This document shows positions 52,185-64,000 of a stretch of DNA of 64,000 nt, in pieces. Both the position numbers and the translations under genes were made by a program. Under the pieces are notes generated by a model. It made no database searches and was not told the DNA's origin. It was given only the letters and a program-made list of their open reading frames with translations. Position 1 is the stretch's first letter. Every line of letters starts with the position of its first letter. Source of the DNA: Tricharina praecox (lineage: Eukaryota); contig NW_026250406.1 in NCBI RefSeq assembly GCF_024521635.1, forward strand, positions 1,116,001 to 1,180,000, written 5' to 3'.

Positions 52185-53953
52185 TCATCTCTTTTGCTTC
52201 TTTTGCAAACTTCACCGACCACCTACATATCCCGTGATTTTTTCCTGCGCTACGGCACATGTACTCTACCCGCGATGCTGTGCGGCTTCCCTTTTCCGCT
52301 CCCTTTTGTGATCTGTTTCTTGTTTCGGCTGGGTGGAGGGCGGTGCGGCGGAGCACGGCGAGGCGCGGCGCGGCGCGCGGCAGGGCGGGCGGAGATCGGC
52401 TATGTGTGTACAAGCTTTTCTGTGCGGGGAAGGTGCGGGGAAGCTATATATCTACACGGCTACCGGTAGAGTAGTGTGCGGGCTTGCGCCCGCCGTGAGC
52501 CAAGAGTCACGCGACGATCCATCATCCGAGTTTGAAGGTTACGTTACGTTACGATTAGGTAAGGGAGGGATTTCGCTTTCGCTTTCTCGTATGTTTGTAG
52601 TCTCGGACGAGTGGATGTCGAGTGGAACTGTGGAAGGAGAGTGGAAGTCGAGTTAACGGCGTGCCGCCGATAGGTCCTCATCCGGTTTTCCCCCATGGAC
52701 CAATGGACCATGGTTCGTTACCTGGTCCGTTCGTTCGTTGTGTACCTATGACTTCAAGTCGGATAGGATACGAAGGCTGAGCCGCCGAGAACTCTTGATT
52801 CGAGAGAACCAGTCGCGAACCTGCCCGCATTTCGGCCGTCCATCCATGCTCGGCCCGCTCGACCTATCCATCCTGTTCGGCCTGTTCTTGTTCGGCACTC
52901 GCGTGCGTAAGGCTGAAGCTTCTTTTGTGCCAACCGGTTGGCAGAGTTGGCAGATGATCAGTGGGCAGTAGGCGGACTGCCTTGTGCTTCGCCGACGTGT
53001 GTATCTACCTGGGTGAGTGGAGTATGGAGTCGGGGGGCTGTGTACACGTACATGGCGATGGAGATGGATACTACCAGTACATAATGTGGAGTATCAGTGC
53101 GCACTGCGCGTGCCTGTATACGAGACGAGACGAGACATGCATGGATGGAGTGGGATGTTCCGCTGGCTGCTAACTAGTACTCTATTGACTAGCGTGGCCG
53201 GGGCTTGTCCGGGGCTTGTGTGCTTGGGGGCGCGGTTCACCATTCATGATCACCACTTGGGGTTCGGATTGAAATGTCTGTCTCAGCCATTCAGAGTGGA
53301 AGCTCCTCTACTACTCTACTCTAGACCTGGAAGCTGGGGATGGTAGATGCATCATGCTGGATGCTGGAATCTGGAAGTTGCACCCCGGCCGGGAGTTGGT
53401 TTGAACTTTGAGCTTTGAAGTGGGACAGGAGTATCACCTGTGATGGAGATCGGCGGTTCCAAGTGGAAGCCTGGAGTTCGGGATCGGGGCTGGAATCGAG
53501 AAGTAGGTAAGGCACAACCTCCAAGGCAGCCTCCCGAGTCCCATCGCGATGTGGCCCGGTGCTCTGGGATTCTGGGATTCTGGCACGTTATTGTTTCGTG
53601 TGCGCCTACACATGCCTACAATATGCCTGCGCCTCGAGCGTTTAGACGAGGTCGGAGGGGCTGTGCACGATGGGGAAGCGAAGGGAAGGGATGGAATGCT
53701 GGACGCCAAAGTCTCAGTGAAGCCATATGCACGTACTACCGAGTAAATACCTCCTACTCTACGCACGGGTCGTGCGCAGTACAGAGCTGAGACGGCGATG
53801 CCTAGAGTCTAGATACTCGTGACTATCGAGTGCAGTGCAGTATTTTGGACTCGTATTCCGAATCCCGACGTACCTATCATACAGTATCCAAACTGCCTGC
53901 CAGCTTCGTTTGCGATAGGCATCGGGGGCTGGCCAGGCATATCCCCAGGCACT

Positions 53954-54023
53954 CAGCACCGCACAACACAACACAGCACCACACAGCACAGCACAGCACA
54001 GCACAGCACAGCACAGCACAGCA
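53954..54023. repeat. (CAGCA)n pentamer repeat
   Basis: Direct inspection; degenerate at the left end. Confidence 0.85.
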
Positions 54024-55789
54024 TATCGGTACCAGTACCGGTACCGGTAGCAGATAACTGTTGTTCGCTAGAACTCAAATCTCATGTCTCAAGTCTCAAG
54101 GCATACCTGGTTTGTGTAGTCAGGGATCTATCATCTGGTTCTGGGAGCAAGAGCAATCCGATAGAGTGCCGCGGATACCTGCAGGTTATCGATATGATAC
54201 CCAAATATGCACTCACCAGGCGCTCTGGGTGTGCAAGTACCGTGGTTTTCCAGGTTGCACGTTCGGAAGCAACTTGCAAGCTGTCGGGCCGGCCGCTGCG
54301 CCACCTAGAGTACATCGGCGTTCAGTGGAGATGATCGGTATCGAGATATCTCGCTCGATAGGTATTTCCTGCCGCCCAGGAATTCTTCTCCGGCCTCTGG
54401 CCGCTGCGGGATTTTTTTCGATGAGGTAGTTAGAGGAGAAGAGATGTAGCGGGTGTCCATCTAGCACCTAGGAAGTATGTAGGTACCGGTAGTCTGCAGA
54501 AGTAGACCCAACACCAACACCAATGCCCCACCGTTATCTGTTAGCTAGAGAGCTTGTTAGTTACATGTTAGCACACGAGCGGTTATCACCGGTCCATACC
54601 TTGAGAAGTGTGTACTCGAGTACATAGCACATGCTCTTAGCCGCCCATCACATCGGCGGCGCGGCGGCGAGAACGCTTCGTCGCTGCTACTGCTCCTGCT
54701 GCTGCTGCTGCTGCTGCTGCAAACCCTGTTTCCCTCACGGTTTTTCGTTCTCGGCCTACATACCGGTACCCTCCCTCCCTCCCTCTGTCGAGTCTCGCGC
54801 AGTACCAAGCAGTACCAAGCCGTCGGCGCGCTCCGGACCTGTGGGGTCTGGAAAAAACTGCTGGGATCCGCTGGGATCCGCTGGGATCTGCTGGGATGCT
54901 TGCTGGTGTTCTCCTCCGCAGAGGTTCGCTCCAGGCTCTACATAGGGACCTGCTCGAAACGATTACGCTGTTTACCTAACGATCGGCTGTTTATTCAAGC
55001 GGTGTCGTTGGGACTTGGGGCCAGCTAGACTCTAGAGTAGTAGACAAGGGGAGGTTTTCCGGCATCTCGCCGACGGCAAGGCTCGAAACCTCCAGTCTCC
55101 AAGCCGGAACGGCCGTTGGGGCGGGTACATAGGGTGTTGTGGGGTCCCGCCCTTCTTCCCGCCGTTCGGAGGTTGTCGTATCGCGTCTCCGCTCGCGTTT
55201 TTCTCCGCTCGCCTTCGGGTCGGCGACGTCTCGACTCTCGAGGGACTCTCAAGGTTGCGAAACCGTGATGGTGGGGGGGGGGGGGCTCAATCTCTGCCTG
55301 CAGGGTGGCGATCATTACTGCCATACATAGTACTTACTCCACCTATGTAAGTGGCGGAGGGCTCTTCCAGCGGACTTGACTTGACTTTGATTTCGTCACG
55401 CGCGGTAGATGTCTGATGGAGTGGAGATACCTATGATGGATACTGGTTATGTACTAGTTGGTTGCCCCACATTCAGCTTATGTACCACTATTCTCTAGTA
55501 CCTACGGTAGTTACCGTACCGCATCCATCGCCAGCACGCAGCAGGCAGCAGGGTGGTGGTGGTTGCACGATCATTTTGTTTCCGCGTCATCCCACCTTCG
55601 CCGCGGACACTCCATTTCTCCACCCTTCAGTCCATCAGTTCCTCACTGAGGGCAACTTTCCATTGGCTGGGCGCTGGGGGGGCGGCGGATGAGTGGGAGT
55701 GGGAGTGGCGCTCTTGCCTGCGTTTTGGCTGCAGCAGCATCGGAACATTATCCCAGATCTCGCTAGGGGCCGAGCGCAACCGTCAACGT

Positions 55790-55918
55790 CTTATCTCTTG
55801 CTTATTTCTCTTGCTTATTTCTCTTGCTTATTTCTCTTGCTTATTTCTCTTGCTTATTTCTCTTGCTTATTTCTCTTGCTTATTTCTCTTGCTTATTTCT
55901 CTTGCTTATTTTCTCTTG
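55790..55918. repeat. 13-bp minisatellite (CTTATTTCTCTTG)n, ~10 copies
   Basis: Eight perfect units from 55801 plus one variant unit at each end. Confidence 0.95.
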
Positions 55919-57308
55919 GAGTCTTGGTATCCAGAACTACAGACAGAACGTCAACTTGCGTCGTTCCGTTTCGCCATGTATGCGCGCCAAGAGCTGCGCG
56001 GGTGGGTGGGCGGGTGGGCGGGTTCAACGCTCGCTCGCTCGCTCGCTCGAAACGCGCAAAGCTTGGAAGGCTTAACAGGGAAGGCGAGAGGTAGGCAGTT
56101 AAGTCGGTCTCGTGAGGCGTTGCTGTTGCCGTGGTGCAACGGAGAGCGCACGGAGAGCACGGAGAGAGCTCCGCCCGATGGCGATATGGCGGTATGGCGG
56201 GTGGGGATGGGGTGTGTGCCTCGTGGGGAAGGATGTGCTGAGTACTCATGTACGATATGTACGGTAGTTATCGGCGATAGTTATGGTGGTGGTGTTCGCG
56301 TCTCAGCCCACTGCCCACTGACGGCCGGGGGTTGGACGTCGGAACACAGCACGCCCTCACTCACTCTCCTCACCTCGCTGCGCACGAAGTCCGAAAGGCG
56401 CACTGCTCCTGCTCCGACTGCACTGCACTTCCCCCCCCTCCCCTGCGCTGCAGTGTACCAACTAGTAGGTGTGGATAATGGATTGAGACTCCAAGACCGT
56501 CCCTGGCTCCCTGCTCCCTGGTCTGCATGTTTCGGTGCGACGTGAAAGGTGTGAAAGGTGTGAAAGGTGGCGGGGCTGAGACAGCAGGGCCATGCGTGCG
56601 ATAGGTGGGCCGCGCACGGAGAGGGACAGGATGGGACAGCCTACGGGACAGGACGGGGAGGGGGGGGGAGAGGGAAAGGTCCGGAATGAAATGGAATGGG
56701 CTCACATGCATCCACAGGCCGTGGGCGTGTCTGCCATCTGGGGACGAGGGAGTCTGCTGAAGATACATGCGGTAGGTACTGCGGCTTTGCAGCTTTGGAC
56801 AGGTATTGGCCCCGCGCGAGAGGAAGTCGCCATGTTGGTTGCACTCTGTGCATGGCTATCTGAAGTTCTTGACGTAGTGAGGCTACAACTCTACTGTAGA
56901 GTGTCTATCGCGTGCGACCCGCACGGACTCACGCAAGCCAAAGATTGCGCACCGCACCGTTGGAATGGTCGGCGTGGATCGTCTCCCCGGCGGGAAGGAT
57001 GGCCAGCCAGCCATGCCAGGGCAGGCAGGGCAGGGCACACGGGAGGCGGTTGCAGACTTGCAGATGCAGATGCCCACCCGTGCCCCTCACACCCACCCAC
57101 CCCCCCCCCCCCCCCCGCCCCCCCCCCCCATGTCTCGTACGTCCAGGAACGGCGGGAGATAGTGGATTTGGAATGGCTGTCCCACCCTCCATCGAATAAG
57201 TGAGCCCCGGGGGCTCCGGGGGACGACACGGCCTGCCTGCCTACTGTATTTAATCGAACGCACTCCCCCGTTTCCATCCCCATCCGCAACACACCGGCAG
57301 TCGCAGTC

Positions 57309-57339
<31 letters not shown>

Positions 57340-57458
57340 CGAAAAGCCAAGAAAGTCGAAGTCGAAGCCGAAAGCATACACGCGCCGTGTGCGACACCAC
57401 CGTTGGATAAGGACAAGCACGAACGATCCTCGCACCGCCGCCGCCGCAGACCCAAAAG

Positions 57459-59344
57459 ATGAGTCTCCGACGGAGTGTCGACAACGCCGATGCGGAGAAG
57501 GGCGCTCCGCCGTTGAAGCCCGCCGTCGAGGAGGATGAGCGCCTCGCCGATGTCCACCATGATCTTACGAGAGGCCTCAAGGCCAGGCATATCACCATGA
57601 TCGCCATTGGAGGAGCGATCGGTACTGGGTTGATCATTGGAACGTAGGTTTTGCCTTTGCCCGTGCACGCCGGTGGGGTTGGGGGAGTTACACTGGGGGA
57701 TGGTCGTTGACGGGTGTGCGTTGCTTTAGTGGTTCGGCGCTTGCGCAAGCGGGTCCCGCTCCGGTCCTCATCTCGTACACCATCGTCGGTTTCCTGGTCT
57801 ATCTGGTCATGTGCGCTCTGGGCGAGATGGCCTCTTGGCTACCGCTGGGATCGGGCTTCACTGGTTATGCGACGCGGTTTTGCGATCCCGCGCTGGGATT
57901 TGCTCTGGGATGGACGTATTGGTTCAAGTATGTTCTCTGGCTCTGTCTTCGAAGGATGAATGCTGATCAGATCAAAGATACATCATTGTCACGCCCAACC
58001 AGCTCACCGCCGCATCACTCGTGTTGCAGTACTGGGTCGACAGAGATAGGGTCAATCCTGGAGTTTGGATTACCATCTTCCTCGTCACCATTTTGTTCAT
58101 CAATTACTTTGGTATCCGACTCTTCGGCGAGATTGAATTCTGGCTCTCGAGCTTCAAGGTCGTTACCATTGTTGGCCTGATCATCCTGTCTCTGTGTCTG
58201 GCGCTCGGAGGAGGCCCGGACCACGACCGCAAGGGATTCCGCTACTGGAAAGATCCGGGAGCGTTCAAGCCCTACATTGCTGAGGGGGATACGGGGTATG
58301 TTTTCTCTCACTCCAGCGGCTGGATCCTGGAGATGTAAGCTAACGGACTGACCTAGACGCTTCCTCGCCCTGTGGTCCACCTTCGTCACCGCCACTTTCG
58401 CTTACCTCGGTACCGAGCTTGTCGGTGTGACGGTCGGTGAAGCGCAGAACCCGCGCCGCACCATCCCGCGCGCCATCCGTCTGACCTTCTACCGTATCGT
58501 GGTCTTCTACGTCCTCTCCGTCTTCCTCCTCGGCATGATCGTCCCCTGGAACAGCCCGGACCTGATCTTCGCCACCAAAAACGCCTCGACCGGTGCCTCT
58601 GCCTCCCCGTTCGTTGTTGCCATCAAGCTCTCGGGAATCAAGGGACTCCCCTCAGTCCTCAACGCCTGCATCCTAGTCTTCGTCTTCTCCGCCTCGAACT
58701 CGGATCTCTACATCGCCTCGCGGACCATCTACGGACTAGCGCTCGAGGGCAAGGCGCCCAAGTTCCTTGCGATCACCGACCGCCGGGGCGTGCCCATCTA
58801 CGCCCTCGGGCTATCCGCCTGCTTCGCGCTGCTCGCATACATGAACGTCGCCGAAGACTCGCGGACGGTGTTCAAGTACTTCGTGAACCTCACGACAATC
58901 TTCGGTATCCTCACCTGGATCTCGATCCTGGTAACACACATCTTCTTTGTGCGCGCCCGCAGGGCGCAAGGCATCACTGACGCGCAGATGCCGTACGTCT
59001 CGCCGTTCGGGATCTGGGGCTCGTGGGGCGCGCTATTCGGCTGCTCGCTCATCGCGATATTCAAGAACTTCAACGTCTTTGTCCCTTCGCCGGAGACCTA
59101 CGGCACTTGGGACTACAAGAACTTTGTTACCGGGTACCTTGGCATCCCATTGTATCTTATCCTGTTCTTTGGGTATAAGTTCTGGTTCGGGACGAAGGGG
59201 TTGAATCCATTGGAGGCGGATTTGTTTACGGGTAAGGATCGCATTGATAGAGAGGAGGAGGAGTTTCTACGCCTGCAGGCGCTGGAGCCGGAGGGCACCG
59301 GCGCGAAGAGATTTTATAAGAAATATGTTTCTTGGCTGTTTTAG
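57459..59344 (+). CDS. DIP5: Dicarboxylic amino-acid permease (APC superfamily, YAT family, Dip5-like); exons 57459-57643, 57730-57927, 57978-58295, 58357-59344
   Basis: RGLKARHITMIAIGGAIGTGLIIGTGSAL, LGEMASWLP, FGEIEFWLSSFKV, FAYLGTELVGVTVGEAQNPR, SASNSDLYIASR; three GT-AG introns restore one frame. Confidence 0.93.
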
Positions 59345-60025
59345 GGGTAGAGCGGGATGGAGGTGGGGGGTTTGGGTTTTGCTTTAGGGATTGGGTTTCT
59401 GTTTGCGGGTTGGTATTGGGGTTCAGCGAGCGGTTTTCATGTAGTGATGGATGGGGAGCGATGGATGGAACTGGGAGGTTATGTAATGTGCTACGTTTTT
59501 TCGGGCTGTACACTCTGGACACAAAATGGATGATTATAGCTGGAATTAAGTGTTTATGGATGATTGATTGCTACGGTTTTTCGGACGATGTTCATATCTC
59601 GTAGAGTACTCGCGTCTCGGGTGGTTGGGGCTGGCTGTGTGTGACTGTGGCATGGTATAGCACTCACTCACTTGGCTACTCATCTCGATATGGAAGACTT
59701 CCAAACAGCGGTACATACCGCAGGCGAACATACCTATGGAGAAGTCCTTTCGGCTCTACCCAGTACCCAGTGCCCAGCACCCACTGCCCAGTGCCCATGT
59801 GACCATCAAGGCCGTTGTCCGGACTCCGGAGCCCGGAGCCTGTCCAATATCGCCGCTCGCGTAAGACTGCTACCAGTGTCGGCAGTGCGCGGACTCCGGA
59901 GAGAGTATATCGCCGATCGCAGATCTCCATCCACCGCGGAGGGCTTGGGGTGTTGACGTATCACCGCGACGCCGCCGTAGGACTCCAGTTAGGTACTCGC
60001 CGGGCTGTAGCTCATACGAGAGAGA

Positions 60026-60058
<33 letters not shown>

Positions 60059-60140
60059 TCGAAAGTCGAGAGTCGAGACTTCTTTCGCAGGAATGAGTCA
60101 CTGAATGAAAGTTGAAAGTCGCTGGCAGGACTCAGGATTG

Positions 60141-60249
60141 GAGAGAGAGAGAGAGAGAGAGTAGAGTAGAGTAGAGTAGAGTAGAGTAGAGTAGAGTAGA
60201 GTAGAGTAGAGTAGAGTAGAGTAGAGTAGAGTAGAGTAGAGTAGAGTAG
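60141..60249. repeat. Compound (GA)n-(GTAGA)n microsatellite
   Basis: (GA)10 followed by ~17 GTAGA units; another (GA)n lies at 60018-60058. Confidence 0.95.
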
Positions 60250-61190
60250 CAACCCGGTGGCGGGATGGCGGGATGGCAGAATGCGCGGTGGTTGGAGTGG
60301 CTGGAGGGCCGAGTGATAACTACGAGTACTTACCTACATACCGATGATGTGTGCAATGTGTCGTCAACCGAACCGCGTGGTCATGGCTCCCTGCTCAACG
60401 ACATATGGCGTATGTATTGGCTAGGTAGGTATTATGCACCCCGCCTTTGCATAATCCCGATGCCGGTATATAGTAACCAGACCTCTCGAGTCTCCAGAAT
60501 CCAGTTGGCAGTGATCTTATCCGACCACCGAGTCACAAACACAATGCGCCCTTTATGTCCTTTATGTATGCAGGCTTTTCCTACTGTGCTACATACCTCC
60601 TCGCTCCAACATATGTAATATGTATATCCTTCCTAGAAACGTCCATCACGGCGGCATTGGTACAATCAACCCTCCAACCCCCAGCCCCGCCCATCTATAT
60701 ACTAGGTAGTAGCTCATACCGATCCCCAAGTTCAACCGGCAGTGCACACTCTGCCCTCCGCGCTCCACCGATTCAACCCCCTCGGTACCACTATCACCGA
60801 CCCTTCACGATCCTTGTATCGGAAACATACGGTGCCATGTACCTATCGCCCAGCAATCCGTCGGTAATCGATGGCACGCGTCACGCTCGTCACTCGTCAC
60901 GCTTGGAGAACAAGAAGCCGTGCCGATTCCTGCGTTGGTCTGCTGGCTGCGACTCCACGACTCCACGGTATAGGTAGAGAGAGGAGAGAGGAGACCCGGG
61001 TGATATGTAGCCGGCCTCAGCCTGCCTACCTTTCCGCCTGCCTATGTGTTTCACTTTCTGCTCATCTTCGTGAACTTTGCTGGAGACATACTTCCATGAC
61101 CAACTGTTCAATCGCCCAAAACGAGTGATACCCCATGCCACCATGCTTTCCTGTCCTCCATGTACAATGTAGAGTCAAATGATCTGTATA

Positions 61191-61276
61191 TCCGTTATGG
61201 TGTAGTGGCTAGCATCGGCCGCTCTCAAGCAGAGCATTAATCCGGCCAGACCGGGGTTCAATTCCCCGTAACGGAA
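61191..61276 (+). tRNA. tRNA-Glu (CTC) with 14-nt intron
   Basis: Same mature sequence; intron AGCAGAGCATTAAT; first T-run of 4 or more is at ~61318. Confidence 0.95.
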
Positions 61277-61948
61277 TAACTTCTTCTACTGCCTTGTTGT
61301 CCTTTCCGATTGCAATATTTTTTTTGTTGCTATTGCTGTAGGTATATTCATCGCCCCCTCCCCCGCCCCCTCCTCCTCCGCCGCACACAGACACATACAG
61401 ACGGCCTCACACTCCCCCGCCTTCTCATAGTTACATCCACCCCCCACCCCCCACCCCCCACCCCCCTCGCCCCGTGTTCATTAGTTAGAGTAAACAATAT
61501 CAACCAAGTGCTCAAATGCTCAACCAAGTGCTCAAGTATCAAGTATCAATAAGTAGGTGCGTAAGTAAACCAGACCTGATACCGATACTGGCCTGTCAAC
61601 ACCGCGAGCTACCTATCCTAGGTATGTAGTAGCCCATCAAGCAAAAGCAGAATCACAAGAAAAAATAAAACCCCAGCCAGTCCAGTCAAGTACAGCACAG
61701 TACAGTAAAAACGAAACACCCCCACCGGAACGAGCGACCTCCCTTCCCCCTTCCCCCCCCCCTTCCCCGCCCGCCCCGAAAACAAAACGAAACCGACTCC
61801 TATGAATGAGCGACCAAGACGAAACCCCGCTCACTCATCCAGACTGTACTTATGTAGTTACAAGAATGTTAGAACAAGAACAAAAAACGAGAAGAAAACG
61901 AGGAAAAAACGAAAGAGAAAAAAAACCCAACCCCTAAACAGTATGCGC

Positions 61949-62006
61949 AGAAGAAGAAGAAGAAGAAGAAGAAGAAGAAGAAGAAGAAGAAGAAGAAGAA
62001 GAAGAA

Positions 62007-62029
<23 letters not shown>
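61949..62029. repeat. (AAG)n microsatellite, ~26 copies
   Basis: Direct inspection. Confidence 0.95.
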
Positions 62030-62037
<8 letters not shown>

Positions 62038-62536
62038 GAAAGCCCGGCAATGAGAGAAGAAAAGAAAGGGAATGAAAGGAAAGGAAAGGTGAAGAGAAAG
62101 AAAAAAAGAAGACGCAATGAGACGTGATTCGGATGAAAATGAGTGTTCAAACCCCCCAACGAAAAGGAACGATGCATGAGTGGCAATGGTCGGTCAGATA
62201 AATGCAGATAAATGCAATCAAAAAAAAAACTTTTGCTTCGCCCGTGGTGTAGTGTAGTGCAGAGTGTAAAGCGCCGGAGCCGAACCGAATCCTGTTGTTG
62301 TCCGACGTGGCCATCCGCCCGCCGCCCGCCGCCTATAGAGTGGATGGCGGCTCTACTGTCGCCATGTGTGATGCACCCGAGTTGTATCGTAGAGTTCTCC
62401 CCATTTTCAATCTAGCACCGCTTGTTGCAATTCCTCCACCAACCCACTCTTCCCCTCCCATGATCTTCACATCCGGAACCGCACCCCCAGAATCCCGCCT
62501 CCTCCTCCGCTGTGGCCAATCCCCCCACCACGCTCA

Positions 62537-64000
62537 CTACCGCACTCTCCCCTTCCCCTTCCCCTTCCCTTTGCTCGCTGTCCCAGCAGCCGCGGACTCC
62601 CCACCCGCAGCCGCCCGTTTCGAACTTCCCCCCGCATCCTGCTTCCGCGCATTCTCAATCAACATGGTGAGCTGACTCTTCTGCCTAGGTAACACCGGAC
62701 GGACGGGCGCAGTTGCAGGCTGCACCGGCAGGCCATCATCCGCCTTTAGCGGCACGACCTCGTCGACCACCAGGACATTCTTTCCCTTCCCCTTCCCGCC
62801 GGCCCACGACGAAGTCGCCGTGGCCACCACATTCCCCGACAGCGCTGTCGTCGCCTGGGCCCTGACCACGCGCGAGAGCATGTCCTTCTGCTTGGCCTTC
62901 TTGTCGATATATTTTGTCCGGAAGTCCGGATCGACGATCCAGCCGCCGCCGCCTGAGGATGATGCCGACTCCTTTCGCTTCGGCGGCTTAAGCTGTTCCC
63001 GTTCCACCGGCTTCTCGGTGACCACCGGTAGTGACCGCGGCGGCACCACTTCCACCACATCCTCCACCGGTGACTCGGCCGCATTGCTACTTTTGCTGCG
63101 TCGCATCGGTGGTGCAAGTCCTCGTGGACGGTTGGCTCTCCCGACTGCTGATGTCGGCTTCTTCCCGCCGCGACGGGGTTTCGCACGGAGCTGTTCTGCT
63201 TTTGCGGCCGGTTTCGTGGTGCTGGTTTTCGACGAGTGTGACGACTGAGAGGCTTCCGACTTGAAGCTAGTAGATACCCATTCGCTGGCCTTCGATTCTT
63301 GCACGGTGTCTAATGTCATCATGGGGTTAGATTGTCGCGGGGATGGCGACGGTCGTAATCTCTGGGGTGATGGCGGAGGCTGTTGTAGGGGTGGTTGTTG
63401 TGGGGGTAGTTGTTGTGGAGGTGGTGGTGGTGGTGGTGGCGGTTGTTGCCGTTGTTGTTGTTGTTCTTGTGGTGGTGGTGGTGGTGGTGATTGCTGTTGA
63501 TCATTTCGTTGTTGTTGTTGGCCGACCGCCGCTGCATGCAAGCGTACCGGTGAAGCCTGCATCTGTGGGGCCGGCACGGGTGGCGAGGGTGGCGGATTGT
63601 GCAGGGACCTCTGTAACGACAGAGTAATTTCGGTGAGCTGGGGTTGCTTCGACAGGAAAGAGTGGCTCGCGAATCCGCGCTGTATCGAGTTTGGAACGGG
63701 GCTCGGTGGCGGGGTAGGCGGACACTCGATGTCGAGCGAGATCCGGGGTGTCAACACGAGCGCATCGGCACCTGCACCTCCCGGAGGTGCAGGCTGGCCC
63801 CGCTCCGACATGGTCCGTATGTCGACTGGCCGTGTGCTGCGGAATCGTATTCGCCGAGGGATCAGGTCGTCTTGCCGGTGTATCCGCATGAACATGGCCG
63901 ACACGGCTTCCCCGGTGAATGGCCGGTCGTCCCGCTGGATGCTCCACAGCCGCCAGAACAGGTTCTCCAATCGCCGGCCGTTCTCGACGACATCTCTGTT
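62537..64000 (-). CDS. DUF1752 (AreA N-terminal-like motif) domain protein, 5'-truncated by the window edge
   Basis: Frame is open to base 64000 and reads NRDVVENGRRLENLFWRLWS, the GRRLENxxWRxW signature of DUF1752; Pro/Gln-rich middle; C-terminal motifs WIVDPDFR and KSQLTMLIE. Confidence 0.85.
   Translation of the reverse strand, partial: NRDVVENGRRLENLFWRLWSIQRDDRPFTGEAVSAMFMRIHRQDDLIPRRIRFRSTRPVDIRTMSERGQPAPPGGAGADALVLTPRISLDIECPPTPPPSPVPNSIQRGFASHSFLSKQPQLTEITLSLQRSLHNPPPSPPVPAPQMQASPVRLHAAAVGQQQQRNDQQQSPPPPPPQEQQQQRQQPPPPPPPPPQQLPPQQPPLQQPPPSPQRLRPSPSPRQSNPMMTLDTVQESKASEWVSTSFKSEASQSSHSSKTSTTKPAAKAEQLRAKPRRGGKKPTSAVGRANRPRGLAPPMRRSKSSNAAESPVEDVVEVVPPRSLPVVTEKPVEREQLKPPKRKESASSSGGGGWIVDPDFRTKYIDKKAKQKDMLSRVVRAQATTALSGNVVATATSSWAGGKGKGKNVLVVDEVVPLKADDGLPVQPATAPVRPVLPRQKSQLTMLIENARKQDAGGSSKRAAAGGESAAAGTASKGKGKGKGRVR

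Noticed and set aside
55553..56545. 330-aa ORF with repeated LISLAYFSCLFLL
   Set aside because: Artefact of the 13-bp minisatellite; non-ATG start and no recognisable domain.

Overview
Eukaryotic DNA from a filamentous ascomycete fungus (short GT..CTAAC/CTGAT..YAG introns, intron-containing tRNAs, Pezizomycotina-type proteins). I can support eight protein-coding genes, reconstructed with introns by hand: a Gln/His-rich protein with an internally duplicated unknown domain (27450-30308), an EF-hand/coiled-coil/C-terminal-TM KASH-like protein (36957-40110), a Gyp2/Mdr1 Rab-GAP, the complex I 9.5-kDa subunit, an SRR1-like protein, an unknown 797-aa protein, a Dip5-like amino-acid permease and a truncated DUF1752 protein. 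There are five near-identical intron-containing tRNA-Glu(CTC) genes, a ~27-kb stretch with no recognisable coding gene, and many micro/minisatellites. Most notable: two ~81%-identical copies of a ~148-bp poly(A)-tailed element with target-site duplications and conserved hairpins (a probable SINE-like retroposon), both near tRNA-Glu genes, and tRNA-Glu copies that share 3' trailers but not 5' flanks. Nearly all other ORFs in the track look spurious. All counts and alignments were done by eye.
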